The translations under genes and the position numbers were made by a program. Below are positions 12,547 to 24,929 of a DNA stretch of 64,000 bases, piece after piece. The DNA lies in assembly GCA_003344405.1 (NCBI GenBank), contig NOWV01000105.1, forward strand, positions 124,001 to 188,000. The letters run 5' to 3'. The notes under the pieces were generated by a model. The model was given only the letters and a program-made list of their open reading frames with translations. It did not search any database and was not told where the DNA came from. The stretch's first letter is position 1. Every line of letters begins with the position of its first letter. The stretch comes from Trichoplax sp. H2. Its lineage: Eukaryota.

Positions 12547-14336
12547 CTCCATTATCTGCTGGTGTTTATCAGCGAATTAGAAAATTATTGTATCAGATTA
12601 TTATCCGATACCTATACTGTTAATTATAATATATTTACTTTAAAAAGTAGGCACATGCTGGAGGTGTTATAAAACTTTATAGCCATTGAAAATTTTACGG
12701 CACTGATGCTCAGTGACTTGAAATTTAAGCTTTAGTATGTTACACAGCTTAACTTTCAATTTTTGTAACTCAAACTTTGAGCTGTAACAACTTAAATTAC
12801 TTTTCGAATGTTGATATATTTGACCTATTGAAGAAATAGCGTTGTAAATATAACATTATTATAAGATACGGTTAGTATAATTTCCAAATTGTCCAATGCG
12901 ATAAAAGTACAGCTATATAACAGTAAATCTTTAGAGAATTCTTGACTGTAACACTGCACCTTACATCTAATTGTAAAGTTCACAGTACATGTGTTAATGA
13001 TGTGCGTTACCTTTAGGTAGATGATTATGTAAAATAAGAAAAAGTACAACATCCGAAAGAAACATCTACTAAAAATTACAATATACTGTCTAAGTGCATT
13101 CAAAATTAATTTGTAGTGGTGCTTGGAAATAGCTTGGTATGAACGTGTATGATGCTTGCATGCAAAGCAGCTGAGGCATCGCGATAGTTGTTGTCAAATT
13201 ATACTGTATGTAAGACATTTGATAAATTAATCCTAATGTAATGATTTGTAAAATGTTTTTGTTAACTATATTGTTTCATTATTTATTTTCATTTCATCTA
13301 TTAGTGTTCTAACTTGACTGTCCAATTCTGCGATTACTTGTACACCTTGTCAAGGAATAATTATTGTGACAAAATATTTTGTAAGCTAAATATAATTATC
13401 ATTGTATTACATTAATAAAATGAACTCATAGTGGTCTATGTCACCGTCATAACACCTAAATCAGTTTCTATGGGTGGACAGAGTAGGTATATAAAATGGA
13501 ATAACAAGAGCAGACATCGCCAGAAGCTTGTTGTAGTTCCTAAATACCGTACAATGCACTAGTAGGCGAGTACAAGGTAATGTCATTTGGAATGGAAAAT
13601 CTGGACATACTATCCATCGTAATCACTACGAAACTTACCTCATTTTCTCTCATTTTGACCGTACAACCTAACATCAGATACTTTAATCCTAGATGAAACT
13701 CTAAGTAAATCAAGAAGCTGCTACAACTATAGAGCATCTCTAAGCGAATTATTACCAATACGGCATTGTATTAGTAATTAATATTGGACATGGATGGTTG
13801 TTATATGTACATTACAATTCATTTTTGGGAAAATTATATAAACTCCTTCTACACCATAGCTAGTACTTCAGTAAGGAAATTTTATTGGAATTTACGAGGA
13901 TCATATTTTTAACATTCGTTTCCTTTAAATATTAGGTACTATATCATTATTATTTATTTAAATTGTATGCAGTGATTGAGTTGCTAATGTTCACGGAGTA
14001 TAAAAATATAATACATATGGAATAGGCGTGAGCACTTTGCAGTATAAAGGATCTCTTATAGCGCAAGGTACTTGCTTAAGTATCGGCCATGATCTTGGGT
14101 CGCAGTATGAGATCTCTCATCAGTTACAGTCTTCATCGTGTCTCTCCATAAAATGGTAATATACAATTGAGTATAAACAGCCAATCTAGTGTAAACACTA
14201 GAGTCCGTAGTCCAGATTCCAAAGCACGCTCAAGTAGCCAATGCAATATAAGTTGCAAAGAATTATTCTTCCATACAGGTTTCAAGTTTGAGTTGGGAAA
14301 AGTGAATAGTGAAGTTTAATCTTCTTCAACTCAAGA

Positions 14337-17210
14337 ATGTTATCCAATTTCGCAGTAGTGGTACGATGTATAGAGAGCTATCAAAATGTCAGGAGTTGCA
14401 GTGGGGTAGTCATTGATTTTGAACGTGGATTAGTGTTAACGAGTGGCTCCTTACTCTCGTGTCTAATCGATACAAACGCTGCTGATCGGCAAAGTCTTGC
14501 CACTGTTGATCAGTTAGCTAAAACGTTGAAATTTGAAATTATAGTTAAATTAGAAAACAATAATAGGAAATCTTCATCATTTATGGCCCTTGAATGCCAA
14601 CTTCGTAGTCGATGGTATTGTCGCCAGGTGCAAGAAGTATTAGATAATAGCATGCCTAGTCATCGCTGGTCGTTTACTATTCCTCCTGAAAAGCAATGGG
14701 ATAATATGGATGATGGAACCAAAGCTGCAAATACAAATCCATTAGCTGAAGAGAATCATTCTAATCAGAAAAGTGATCCTTCTGTAATAACCCAATTTCT
14801 CCTCTTACAGATTACTGATACTAATAAAAAGTTTTTAAATAGGTAATCGATTTACTAATATCAGTAGCATTACTGTACATGTCTGCAACATTGGTGATTA
14901 ACGTATTCCAATCGTTGTTCTTCCATTTATACTCCTTAAATGAATATATTAGCTTCCGTAATAAGAATGGCAATTGATATGAAATAATGGATGTAAAATT
15001 CTAATTCATTTTATATTCACTTCCTTCACTTAGTGATCCAATTGAAATGGCCGATAGACGATTATTGAAACGTGGTGATGTTGTAGAAGTCATTTCCACA
15101 CCTTTTGGAGATAGCTATCCTTTGATATTTTACAATAGCTCTACTAAAGGCATAATTTCCAACATTTGCGGCAAAAAAAATCAACTCTTTCTAACTGATG
15201 CTCGATGCTTAGCTGGAAGTGAAGGTGGAGCAGTAGTTTGCAAATTAGCCGGTCAATCCAAGTAAGTTGTAATAGGAACTATAGTATGAATGCTTGTTGT
15301 CTTAATTCTATTGCATAGTATCGTGCGATTAAATAAACACATTACTAAATTCATTTGTACTTAAACATTATTATGAAAGTATCAGATCATAGACGTAAGA
15401 GTATTTCATTAGTTCCACATATACTGTAGTGCACTATAATCAAATTTTTGAATCAGCTTAGTATGTAGTAGTGGATATTAAATGTAAAGTAGTTTGCTAT
15501 TATAATCGAATTGGCCCACATTGCATCATTTGTAATCTTTTCCATATTACTTTAGGGCTTCTCTTGTTGGCGTTGTTATGTCGCCATTTTGCTTTAAAGA
15601 CACCGAATGGACAGGCTTTACATTAGTAGTACCCATTGATCTTATCCTAACATCACTACCGTCAAAGCATCATCCTTTGGTGCATGATTTTATGGCATTA
15701 AAATTACCCAATTCAACTCGTAGCAATTTAACACCCAACAGTGATATTTCCTTTTTTGATAAGGTGTCATCTGCAGTTGTTTATATCCAATCTTTATCCT
15801 CTTGGGGATCTGGAGTAGTTATTGACCGTTACAAAGGACTAATTATCACCTGCAGCCATGTTGTCCACCCATGCAATTCCAATTCTGATGATGATTGTAA
15901 CCATGGCGAAAGCGATCGCAAAGGTTATTCAAAGTTTATCTATAGTATCAACACCAGCTTGCATTTATTTTAATAAATTACCCATTTAAATTGATCCATG
16001 GCAACAGTTAAGTTCTTATGCTTGGTCTCATGTTTTCATACGCGTATTATTTATTATTGTTCAATAGTTCGTGTTCTGACGACAAAACCAATTAAACGTT
16101 GGTATAATGCAGTAGTTCTCTATCCTAAACAACACTGCCAAGTCTTGGACGTTGCTGTTATTAAAATATTAGATTTTCTTCCTAGTCAACTATCTTCTAT
16201 ATCACTATGCAAAAGTGATTCTGCTATCAGTACTGGTAGTGATATTCTAATTATTGGTTATGGCATGTTTCCTCCGCATACCTACGAAGCCAATGAACCT
16301 ACAGTTACTAGAGGTAGTATAGCCAGCATTTGTCGAATCAATAATAAACCAATGTTAATCCAGGTAATTATACGTCTTGTCTGTCGAAGGATCGATTCAC
16401 TTCATGCAAATATATAACTTAACCTTATACCAGATGATTAGAGTATCGACTTTGCAAAATTTACAACTAATTTTCGTTCTATATTTTGTATCTAATTTAT
16501 TCTTTAACTCATTTAGACATCCGCAGCAATACAATGTGGAACTAGTGGTGGAGCTCTCATTAGCAAAAATACCGGAGAACTTTTAGGTATTACCGTTAGC
16601 AAAGTGAAGTAAGTGAACGTAAACAATACATAGTTACTCGGAAGATGGTTTACCATCATAATAACATTGTTGCTAATGCCTTCAAGAACTTATTGCTATG
16701 ATTTATTCAGAAACGTCAATTCAGGTGGCATCTATACGTATATTAGTTTCTGCATTCCCGTTACAAGAATATATCCTCAGATTGTGAAGTATAATCAAAG
16801 TAAAGGTGAGATCATAGCTTCAATAATGTTTCTATGTGTTACCATGGGCATACGTACATGGACTGTACTTACTGTACAGTATTTGTAACAAATCAACATA
16901 ATTAGGATTTAGATTTTATTTAGATCCCTGACCTATTCTTTAAACTTTCTTTTCAGAGGTATATTTTAAAATGTAGAAATCTATTAACGATTGCTAAATC
17001 TGTCTCCTTAGATATTTCAGATTTAAAAATGCTCTCTTATCAGAATGATTCAGCTGTCGGACAACTTTGGCTTATGAAAGCCACGGCAGGTAGGTAGCAC
17101 ACAAAATACTACGATTGATTTTATAGCTAACTATCGCCAGCTCGATCTTAGATACGCTATGCAAAAAATTCTCTGTGAATATTCTAGTCGGCCACACAAG
17201 CAGACTTTAA
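14337..17210 (+). CDS. TYSND1: Peroxisomal leader peptide-processing protease (trypsin-like), about 8 exons (14337-14842, 15034-15261, 15556-15923, 16067-16362, 16517-16608, 16711-16805, 17012-17089, 17188-17210)
   Basis: SCSGVVID...LVLTSGSLL; STPFG...GIISN...LTDARCLAGSEGG; WGSGVVID...TCSHVV (His); LDVAVIK (Asp); CGTSGGAL (Ser); last exon ends GHTSRL*, a PTS1. Confidence 0.92.
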
Positions 17211-17936
17211 TGACATCGTCATGTAGCAGAAGCGAAGTTCTTAAAGGCAGTTACAAGAAATACTGAACATTGGACGTTGTATAAATGAAATTTTATTCGC
17301 CAAAATGGTAACTACTTCGTAATTGGCACATCATACAGACAGAAACATTATCATGTAATGTTATTAAAAACCAAATAATTCAGGTTAATTTATAACTAAA
17401 CACTGTAAATGCCTCATGGTCAAAAACCTAAATAGAGGTGCAGTGAAATGTAATATTTAATTTTATGTAAATCGATTGCGAAGTATATGTCCTACTTAGT
17501 GTATAGGCAGTCTAATTACTATCGCTTTCGTGCAAAATGTTGTCGCTCAACTTCCTAATGATTAAACTAATACAAACCGGATAACGATTATTTTATATGC
17601 TTTTTAACAAATAGTGAACATTGTGAAAATCTTCTATATTATGAGCTACTCTATCGACTATATTACGGTACGAATTAAGAATTAAGGTACAATTTAATAT
17701 CTAGAATTCGCATATCTATACCAATAAGAAATTGGATACTGTGTAGTTAATGTAGCACCAGTAACGGTCGTCAAACCTACATAAACGTAACACTAATACA
17801 ATATCAAGTTCCATAACTGATCATTGTTGATATAATTTATGTCTAAGTTATAACAATGTAATCTAAGCATACGGGCTATCGCATAGTTAGCAAGAGAATG
17901 CTTATTAGAATCCACTACTTTCTTGCAAGCCCGCAT

Positions 17937-20900
17937 CTACTCCATGTTGGCTTGTACTTCACGAATAGTCGCTGCTGGATCACTCGTTTCATCATCACCG
18001 GTAGCAACTTTCCTATTTTCATCTAAGGCAGCAGCCATAAGGCAGGCGAAGACCGTCATAACCATCTTGGGTTTGACCTCCACCAAATCTTCAGGCAAAG
18101 CGTAGACAGATGCGCCAATTTTTCTCGCCATAGAGATAGCATACTTAGCATTTAATAGTTTCGCTTCCTCTGTTATGCCCAGACAAACATTTTCGTAGTT
18201 GATTGATTCCGGCTCAATGGATTCGACTAAGTCTATAACAGCTTTACTACTTGAAATTTCTGGGTCTTTAAAACTAGAAATTTTCGTCGATTTTTCAGTG
18301 CCTTCTAAAACGTTGTTAACCCATTCCACTATCTCCTTGTCACTGATAGGTTTTTCACTGTTGGCTAAGCTAGTAAGGATTGTTAGAGTATAGGCACGCA
18401 TCATTTGCCAAATCAGGGCTAAACGTATAACAAATGCATTCAAAAGTTAATCACACCTATCGAGTAAAACTAAATTTTATGATTAAGAAAACAATTATTC
18501 TAAGGTTTACAATAATGATACGAGCAAATACAAGTACCTAAAGTCAAAGTTCTTGTTCCATTATGGATATCTTCGCCACCAATGCCTACTAAACTAAATT
18601 TAAGTTGCAATCCAAGTTCCACAGCATAGTTACAGTTCTCAATTCGCTTCATTTTACCACCTAAAGCCTTAAAAGGTGGTTTGTTTACTCTAGACCAAGA
18701 TACTACGCCAGGCTTGATCTTATCAAAAAGCTACATTATAAGTGCCGTAAAACGTACAATAGATGAATTAGTATTGTTATTATGTAGTACCAAATTTTGA
18801 AACTATATTTACCTGAAACAATTGCATTGCATCGTCCAAATCACTGAATAAATTGTTAACTGTGGGATCGACACCTAAACTATTCATCCAATTCCTAAAA
18901 GCTGAGAATAGTTGTACAATACATTCAGTCAATGAAGTCAACACAATGTATCGACTGCATGCTGTAAATACTTTTCTCCTCTCTGGTTTCAACGTAAACA
19001 TCCAAATCTTCATCAACATCAACTGGCTCGAGAGCAGGAAATGTATTGAATAAGTTGGCTACAAACGCCATATTCAATCTAGCATGTCCAGTAGTAACGT
19101 CCTAAGTTGGTCATATGAGATTGCATATTTTAATATTTCCTTTATGAGTACAGCATATCAATTACATAGTAAACGAAATTTCTTGGCATACTTTCGCGCT
19201 AACAAATTGACGACAACCAATTTTCTCAGCATCATTCAACATAAGCTCTGCACGCTCACGTAAATTTGACTCCTACACAGCAAAAAGTCAATGAAGCTGA
19301 AATTGCTTGCAACATGGTAAATGCAATTCAAACCAAGATAATGTTGATATCATGCTTGCAAAAGATAGACACGAATACGAATATGTAATAGAAGGCTATC
19401 GTTAAAGAAAATCATTACCTTTAATGCATCGGTTGTAAGCATAAGCTTAGAAGGAGCAATTTGCTTCAGCAAGATGATGTAACACTCAGAGTCCTAAAAT
19501 AAAAATAACGATTAATTATCAATAGGTTTTCTACTAGATCAACATAATTTAAAGCGTCTTACTTTAATGTCACCGCTAAAATTTTTAACACGTCTTGATA
19601 CACCAGCTGCTTCAAGGTGATGGTTGAACCAACGCAAGAGTAATTCCTCAGGTGATAGCTTCAACAAGTCTTGTACAGTTTCATTTTCAAGTAAAAGGCG
19701 AGGTAGTCCAGGACAATCTTTTAAAGTAATTTTAGCAAACAAACCAATCTATAATATAAGAATGCTATATTAGCTCATATTACTTTGTCCAATCCTTTGA
19801 GCGTTTATCAGTTGAGTAATGAACTAGATCCAATGATAAATGCAATGGAAATAGATCAATTACTTAATGGTTTAGGAATTAGGCAATGTTACGAACCCTA
19901 ATGATTTGCCACAAGAGGCCCATGACTAAATGCTCACGACCTGCAATGAGATCTTCTGCTCCAATATTGATGATGTTACAGCCGATGGCTCGTGCACTAT
20001 TGACAACCAACGTTTGGTTGGCGTGCTTACGATAAAGATTTAACTTCTTGAAATTGATGGCACGTTCATCAACGGTATCTTTAACAGATCGGTTGATCAT
20101 TTTGCTATAAAAATTTTAAGATAAACAGCATAAATGCAACATACTTGAGAAATCTATAAAAGTATTAAGATCAAGGGAATGATTGAAGATAATTAAAATG
20201 AGATCTGACGTTAAGTACGGTTAAACGACTATAACTTTGCAAAGTTTTGTATTGATTCTTACATTTCGCTAAAACATAGCAAGAAAAGAATTGGCAATTG
20301 AAAATTGTCTAGCAACACAGTAGGTTAACGAAAAAGCTACCCAACATTGATAAAGATTAAGTCATGCCCGATTAGGTAATAATAAAAAAGTGCAACTGTC
20401 AATGGGGTATTTCTACATTGTCCCAATGGCTCAATTGATAAACTGCAAGGTTACGCTAAGACAAATTATATAAGATTTCTAAGACAGCAATCGTTTTCTT
20501 TCATTCGAACTCATAGTGAATTTCCATGACTGTGCAGCATGACTACCGCGACGATGATGCGTGCCTCACTGATTATATCATCATAATATCTATTTCAAAT
20601 ATCTAGTATAAGCCGTTATTGCGAGTTGGGAGTCAGGACTCCTATATACTTGTATTTACCATGATTTAATTAGTTGCGGTGCAAAATACAGTCGCTGCAA
20701 CTCTGCCGGAAGTTGGTACATCAAGAATACTATGGTAAACTAGAATAATATCGTTCATAGAATCGTTCAATGTATGAGCGTAAAATAATCATTCGAATTT
20801 AATCTCGACCAATGTCGCAGTCTGATCCAGATTGTTTACATCCAGCTATATAGAATATAATATATTACACTGGCGTTAACAATTTCAGGCTATAGCAAGT

Positions 20901-23900
20901 CGAAAGAGATAGTGAATAATACAATCGATGGTATAAAAGCAATGTTTAACCTTTCTTTCCACGCTTAAACTGAAATCGATTTTATTGCATGGGAACGTCA
21001 ATCAAGAATAACGTATGTCTATTTTTAGTCCCGAGGTATTGAATTCTAAATAAACAGGAAAGTTAACTACAATAACTGCATTTTCTGTTTAAAAATAACA
21101 GGTTATTCTAACTCGGTGTATACAAGTAGTCCGTATGTATGCTACTGTACAAGTGTATATCTACCCGTATACCACATATCCACAAATGATCATTTGAAGA
21201 TCTTCAGTTACTAAAAATTTTACTGCCTTATACACTTCTGTAATTCACTAATAATATTTTAGGACTGATAATATAGTTACTACCAATCCTATCCGTCACT
21301 CTTAAATTCAATTCTTTAACATATTGTGAATTCACGATTCTTTTTGCAATAACAACGATTAATCTTTTGTTTCCCATGATTAAACAATACTAGATTAAAT
21401 ATCTGTATACAGTAATCATGATCGGCACAGTTGAAAAGGTTATCCTCTAAATCACTGTTCAAAGACAGACATATGGGGTACCAGACAATATGGAAGGGCA
21501 AAAATGAATTACTGACAGCGAATACCAATCGAGATTGACTAATTGAATTTGAATTAAAAAATAAGCGTATCGCTGACTTACTTGATTCAGCTACTTTACT
21601 CATTCAATGAGATTAAATCGTTTTATAGTCGTTTGTAAAGTAAGATATTAATATATTCAAATGGATTAGTTTCAAAGTTAAAAATTAAGAATTACTGTCG
21701 ATTACAAATGGACTATGGGATTCTCTTTTAGTACAGTTAATAACTTTCTGTATCTCCGTGACAATGAGGTGTTGATTAGCACTAGACAGAATGCATCGAA
21801 CTCGTTGTATACTTCGCTGAAACGTCTCTGCATATGCATTATAACGATTTCGATGCATTCCGTCTGGGGCTAGTGTTCATTTGCGCTTCACAGTAGAGTA
21901 GGGAAGCTATCAATTCAATATGAAAAATTGCTTTAATTATCAAAAACTGCTCCTTATTGTACTGCCATGCCATCTAATTTTTTGATCTTTACTATGAAGT
22001 TGAAATATCGGGGATGCAACTTAAACCATGAGTTTACGTTAACAAAATCTTTTAAAGCAATGTTTTTGTTGATGTCGAAAAGGAACTAACTTTAAATTAT
22101 GAAAGAATTGGACTAGAAAGCAATTCTTGACTGTTGACTAATGTTGCAGAAAGCTATAGCAAAGTTTTTTGCCAGTGCTGTCAATGCACAGACTACTTAC
22201 CACAAGAGAATACCGTCCTCGCAACGCTCAAATAATTCATGATTTTCGGGCTCGTGATTTACTGGTAAATAATTATTTCTAACCAAGTAATCATCCTTAT
22301 TCAATGATGTGTTAATCCAATCAACAAAGGCAATATATTCTTCATCGGAGAAAGAATGAGTTGTACCATCGGCAGTAGTTGCACTGCTACCAGTTAATTT
22401 CTTAACATTCTTACGCGTTTCAACCGCTTTTCGGAAATCTTTAGCAGCTTCGCCTTCCAATACTTTGGTAAATAACTAATATAAATTGAGGAACAGCATG
22501 TAGGAAAAGATGTTAAAGCTTCGAATAGATCATAACGAGGTAATTGTTATCTGATCTTTTCTTAGAAAAATTTGAACTTTTAAATGAAGCTTAATCCTTT
22601 GATAGAATCGATTCATTTATGATTATTTTACTGATACCGTTAGTGAAAAGATGAGACTGATCAATTTCCATCATTTAGTATCAACATTGCCGTCATGATG
22701 GTATTTCTAAAGTATAGCCGTGAAATCGTCGATTTAAAATGTAAATAACTACCAATGCATACAGCATTGGTTTACTAGTTCCGATGATTGGCAATCATCA
22801 TCGTCCCAAGCTCGATTTACATATTACTTAGACACAGTAATCCATATAAGACACGATAAGTAAACATGTACTTAAAAGTTTAAGTTAATTTAATTAAGTC
22901 TGCTAGCAGTATAAATAGGGGGTGACTTAGGATTTACGAAGGCGGTGTAAATGGGTGGTAAGAAAAATAAATCGATAACAGTTTAAATATAGACATTTCT
23001 ATGTTTCAATACGGGAGAGATACAAGCACAATCATGTAGAACAAATTTCATCAATAAAAAAGCTACTGGGCAATGTTAGCCATTACTGTACTATGGTATA
23101 GATATGATGAATGATGATGTATTGATAAGCTGTCGATATTAGTAGTGTCCAAAAAATGGAAAATACACCATAGAGTACTAAGAGCGTCCTTGCAAGATAA
23201 GTAAAGCTATTCAAGTTTATCAGCAATTTGATATAAGATTTCGATCAATCAATTGCATCGATTAAACTTTGATATTTCTGTTGATTGAAACAACAATTAC
23301 TCATTGGCCATTCCTAATTAATGTTGCTGATGATGGTGAGAGAGAGAAAGCTTTCATTGAACGGGCAATGACTGTACTAAAAGAGCACATGCTTGTGTCC
23401 ATTCTACTGGACAGGATAATATACAAAAAAAGTCATTATCCGCGGTGGGGATGAGAGGAAATTACGATGATGATGATGTCACCATATCACTGGTAGGCAT
23501 CAGCAAAAAATGTTGTGGTTAAGGTTTTAAAAAAAAAATGGTAAGGATAAAATGAGTATAGTGCTACACAATCTTACCTGTACAAATTCATCAAATTCGA
23601 TTGTGCCATTCTCATCTTTGTCAATCGATTCGATCATTTCACGCAATTTGTAACCAGGCGTAGGCTTACCACAAGCTTTCATAACATTACTCAATTCTTT
23701 GACCGTGATATGGCCATTTCCATCTTGGTCGAACTAAATATAGGCCAAAAAAAAAGAAGAATTATTGTCTAGTGGAAATGTTGGCAGGATATTTCTTGAC
23801 ATCTTTTAGGACTGAGATTTGCCGACTTAGAATAGAGACAATTAGCCATTATGGTTATGCAAATGATGTCTTCAAATACAATCATGTTTCTGGTGACAAC

Positions 23901-24833
23901 GATAATATAGTACTGTACAGTACTATTGAACGTTTTTCCATGATGACTAAAACGATCAACGGTAGAATGGCGATTTTTCTTGGTGAAGTCGCTGATTCCA
24001 TAATAGTGTGGCAATTCTATGTATGTACATTATCATCCTAGCTTAGAATTTAAGAATGTGACAAGAAAAAAATGCTCAAGGAATAGTGAAAAGTGACCAT
24101 GGAGTTTCATGATCTTGATGAGAAAGTGGGTTGGAAAATGCGCAAGTCATCAAGTGATATCTAGTCTATGGTGGCAACATGAACAAGACTGCAATAAGTA
24201 GTCTATAGAATAACTTGTTACGGCTATTTTTCGACACGAAATCTATTTCTAATTCTACTCATTTTGACTAACCATTATCCACCTTGTATACAGTGACAAA
24301 AAAATCCATGAAGAAAACTAATTTTTTCCCCTAGAAAGGTCCGACTTCGCAATGAAAAATGGTTGTACAACCTACTACTCTTGCTCGATAGCTACTCATC
24401 CTTTCTAATTCTTTCTAGTCAGCAAGATAGAAATTCAGTACAGTATGCCATTGCTTCTATTCCTATTTCAGCCATGATTTTAACGCTACTGTAGTATTCA
24501 TTTTCACTCTTTGAAATGCAGCCGCCATTTTTTCAGTAATACAGTGAAGTTCAATCATAAGTGCGTCAACTATACTATGCTACATACACAGCATGAACGA
24601 CAAGTTGTTGAATGACGCGTTTCAACACACAGACACGAGAAGACGATAACAAGGCACGCAGGTTAATTACACTTTAATAATTGTATCCATTCCTAGTAGG
24701 ATCGTCTAATCAAATAGCAATTGTAGATTCGTTGTAAGGATAGTGCTATTGAAATTAGGTTTAAATTTACCGCAGTAAACTGCTCTCGAGCATCATTGAC
24801 TTGATCTTCAGTGAGCTTAACTTCAGTGGCCAT
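17937..24833 (-). CDS. Plastin/fimbrin paralogue A (2 EF-hands + 4 CH domains), 11 exons (24833-24771, 23733-23578, 22475-22201, 20104-19897, 19748-19563, 19493-19419, 19272-19192, 19101-18972, 18901-18813, 18730-18538, 18418-17937)
   Basis: EF loops [12 protein letters not shown] and [83 protein letters not shown]...[20 protein letters not shown]. All junctions are GT-AG and in frame. Confidence 0.96.
21777..21872. repeat. Imperfect inverted repeat (26-bp core arms, about 30-nt loop) in plastin A intron 3
   Basis: agacagaatgcatcgaactcgttgta (from 21784) versus tataacgatttcgatgcattccgtct (to 21865): 23 of 26 positions complementary. Confidence 0.85.
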
Positions 24834-24914
24834 GATCAAAGGGCGTTGCAACGTTGCACTGACACAGCTTAGAGAGTCAACTGAACAGATGGGTGTCAAC
24901 CTGGACTGCTTCAC

Positions 24915-24929
24915 TTTATATATGACTCA
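24915..24929 (-). promoter_or_regulatory. Putative TATA box with abutting AP-1 consensus, plastin A promoter
   Basis: The minus strand reads TGAGTCA-TATATAAA, 82-96 bp upstream of the ATG, with a GC-rich tract just upstream. Confidence 0.5.

Noticed and set aside
16924-16958. Extra TYSND1 exon with AG/GT borders
   Set aside because: Gives an immediate stop (DP*) in the required phase.
17923-18393. Plus-strand ORFs overlapping plastin exons (also 18853, 40866, 43950)
   Set aside because: Antisense shadows of real coding exons.
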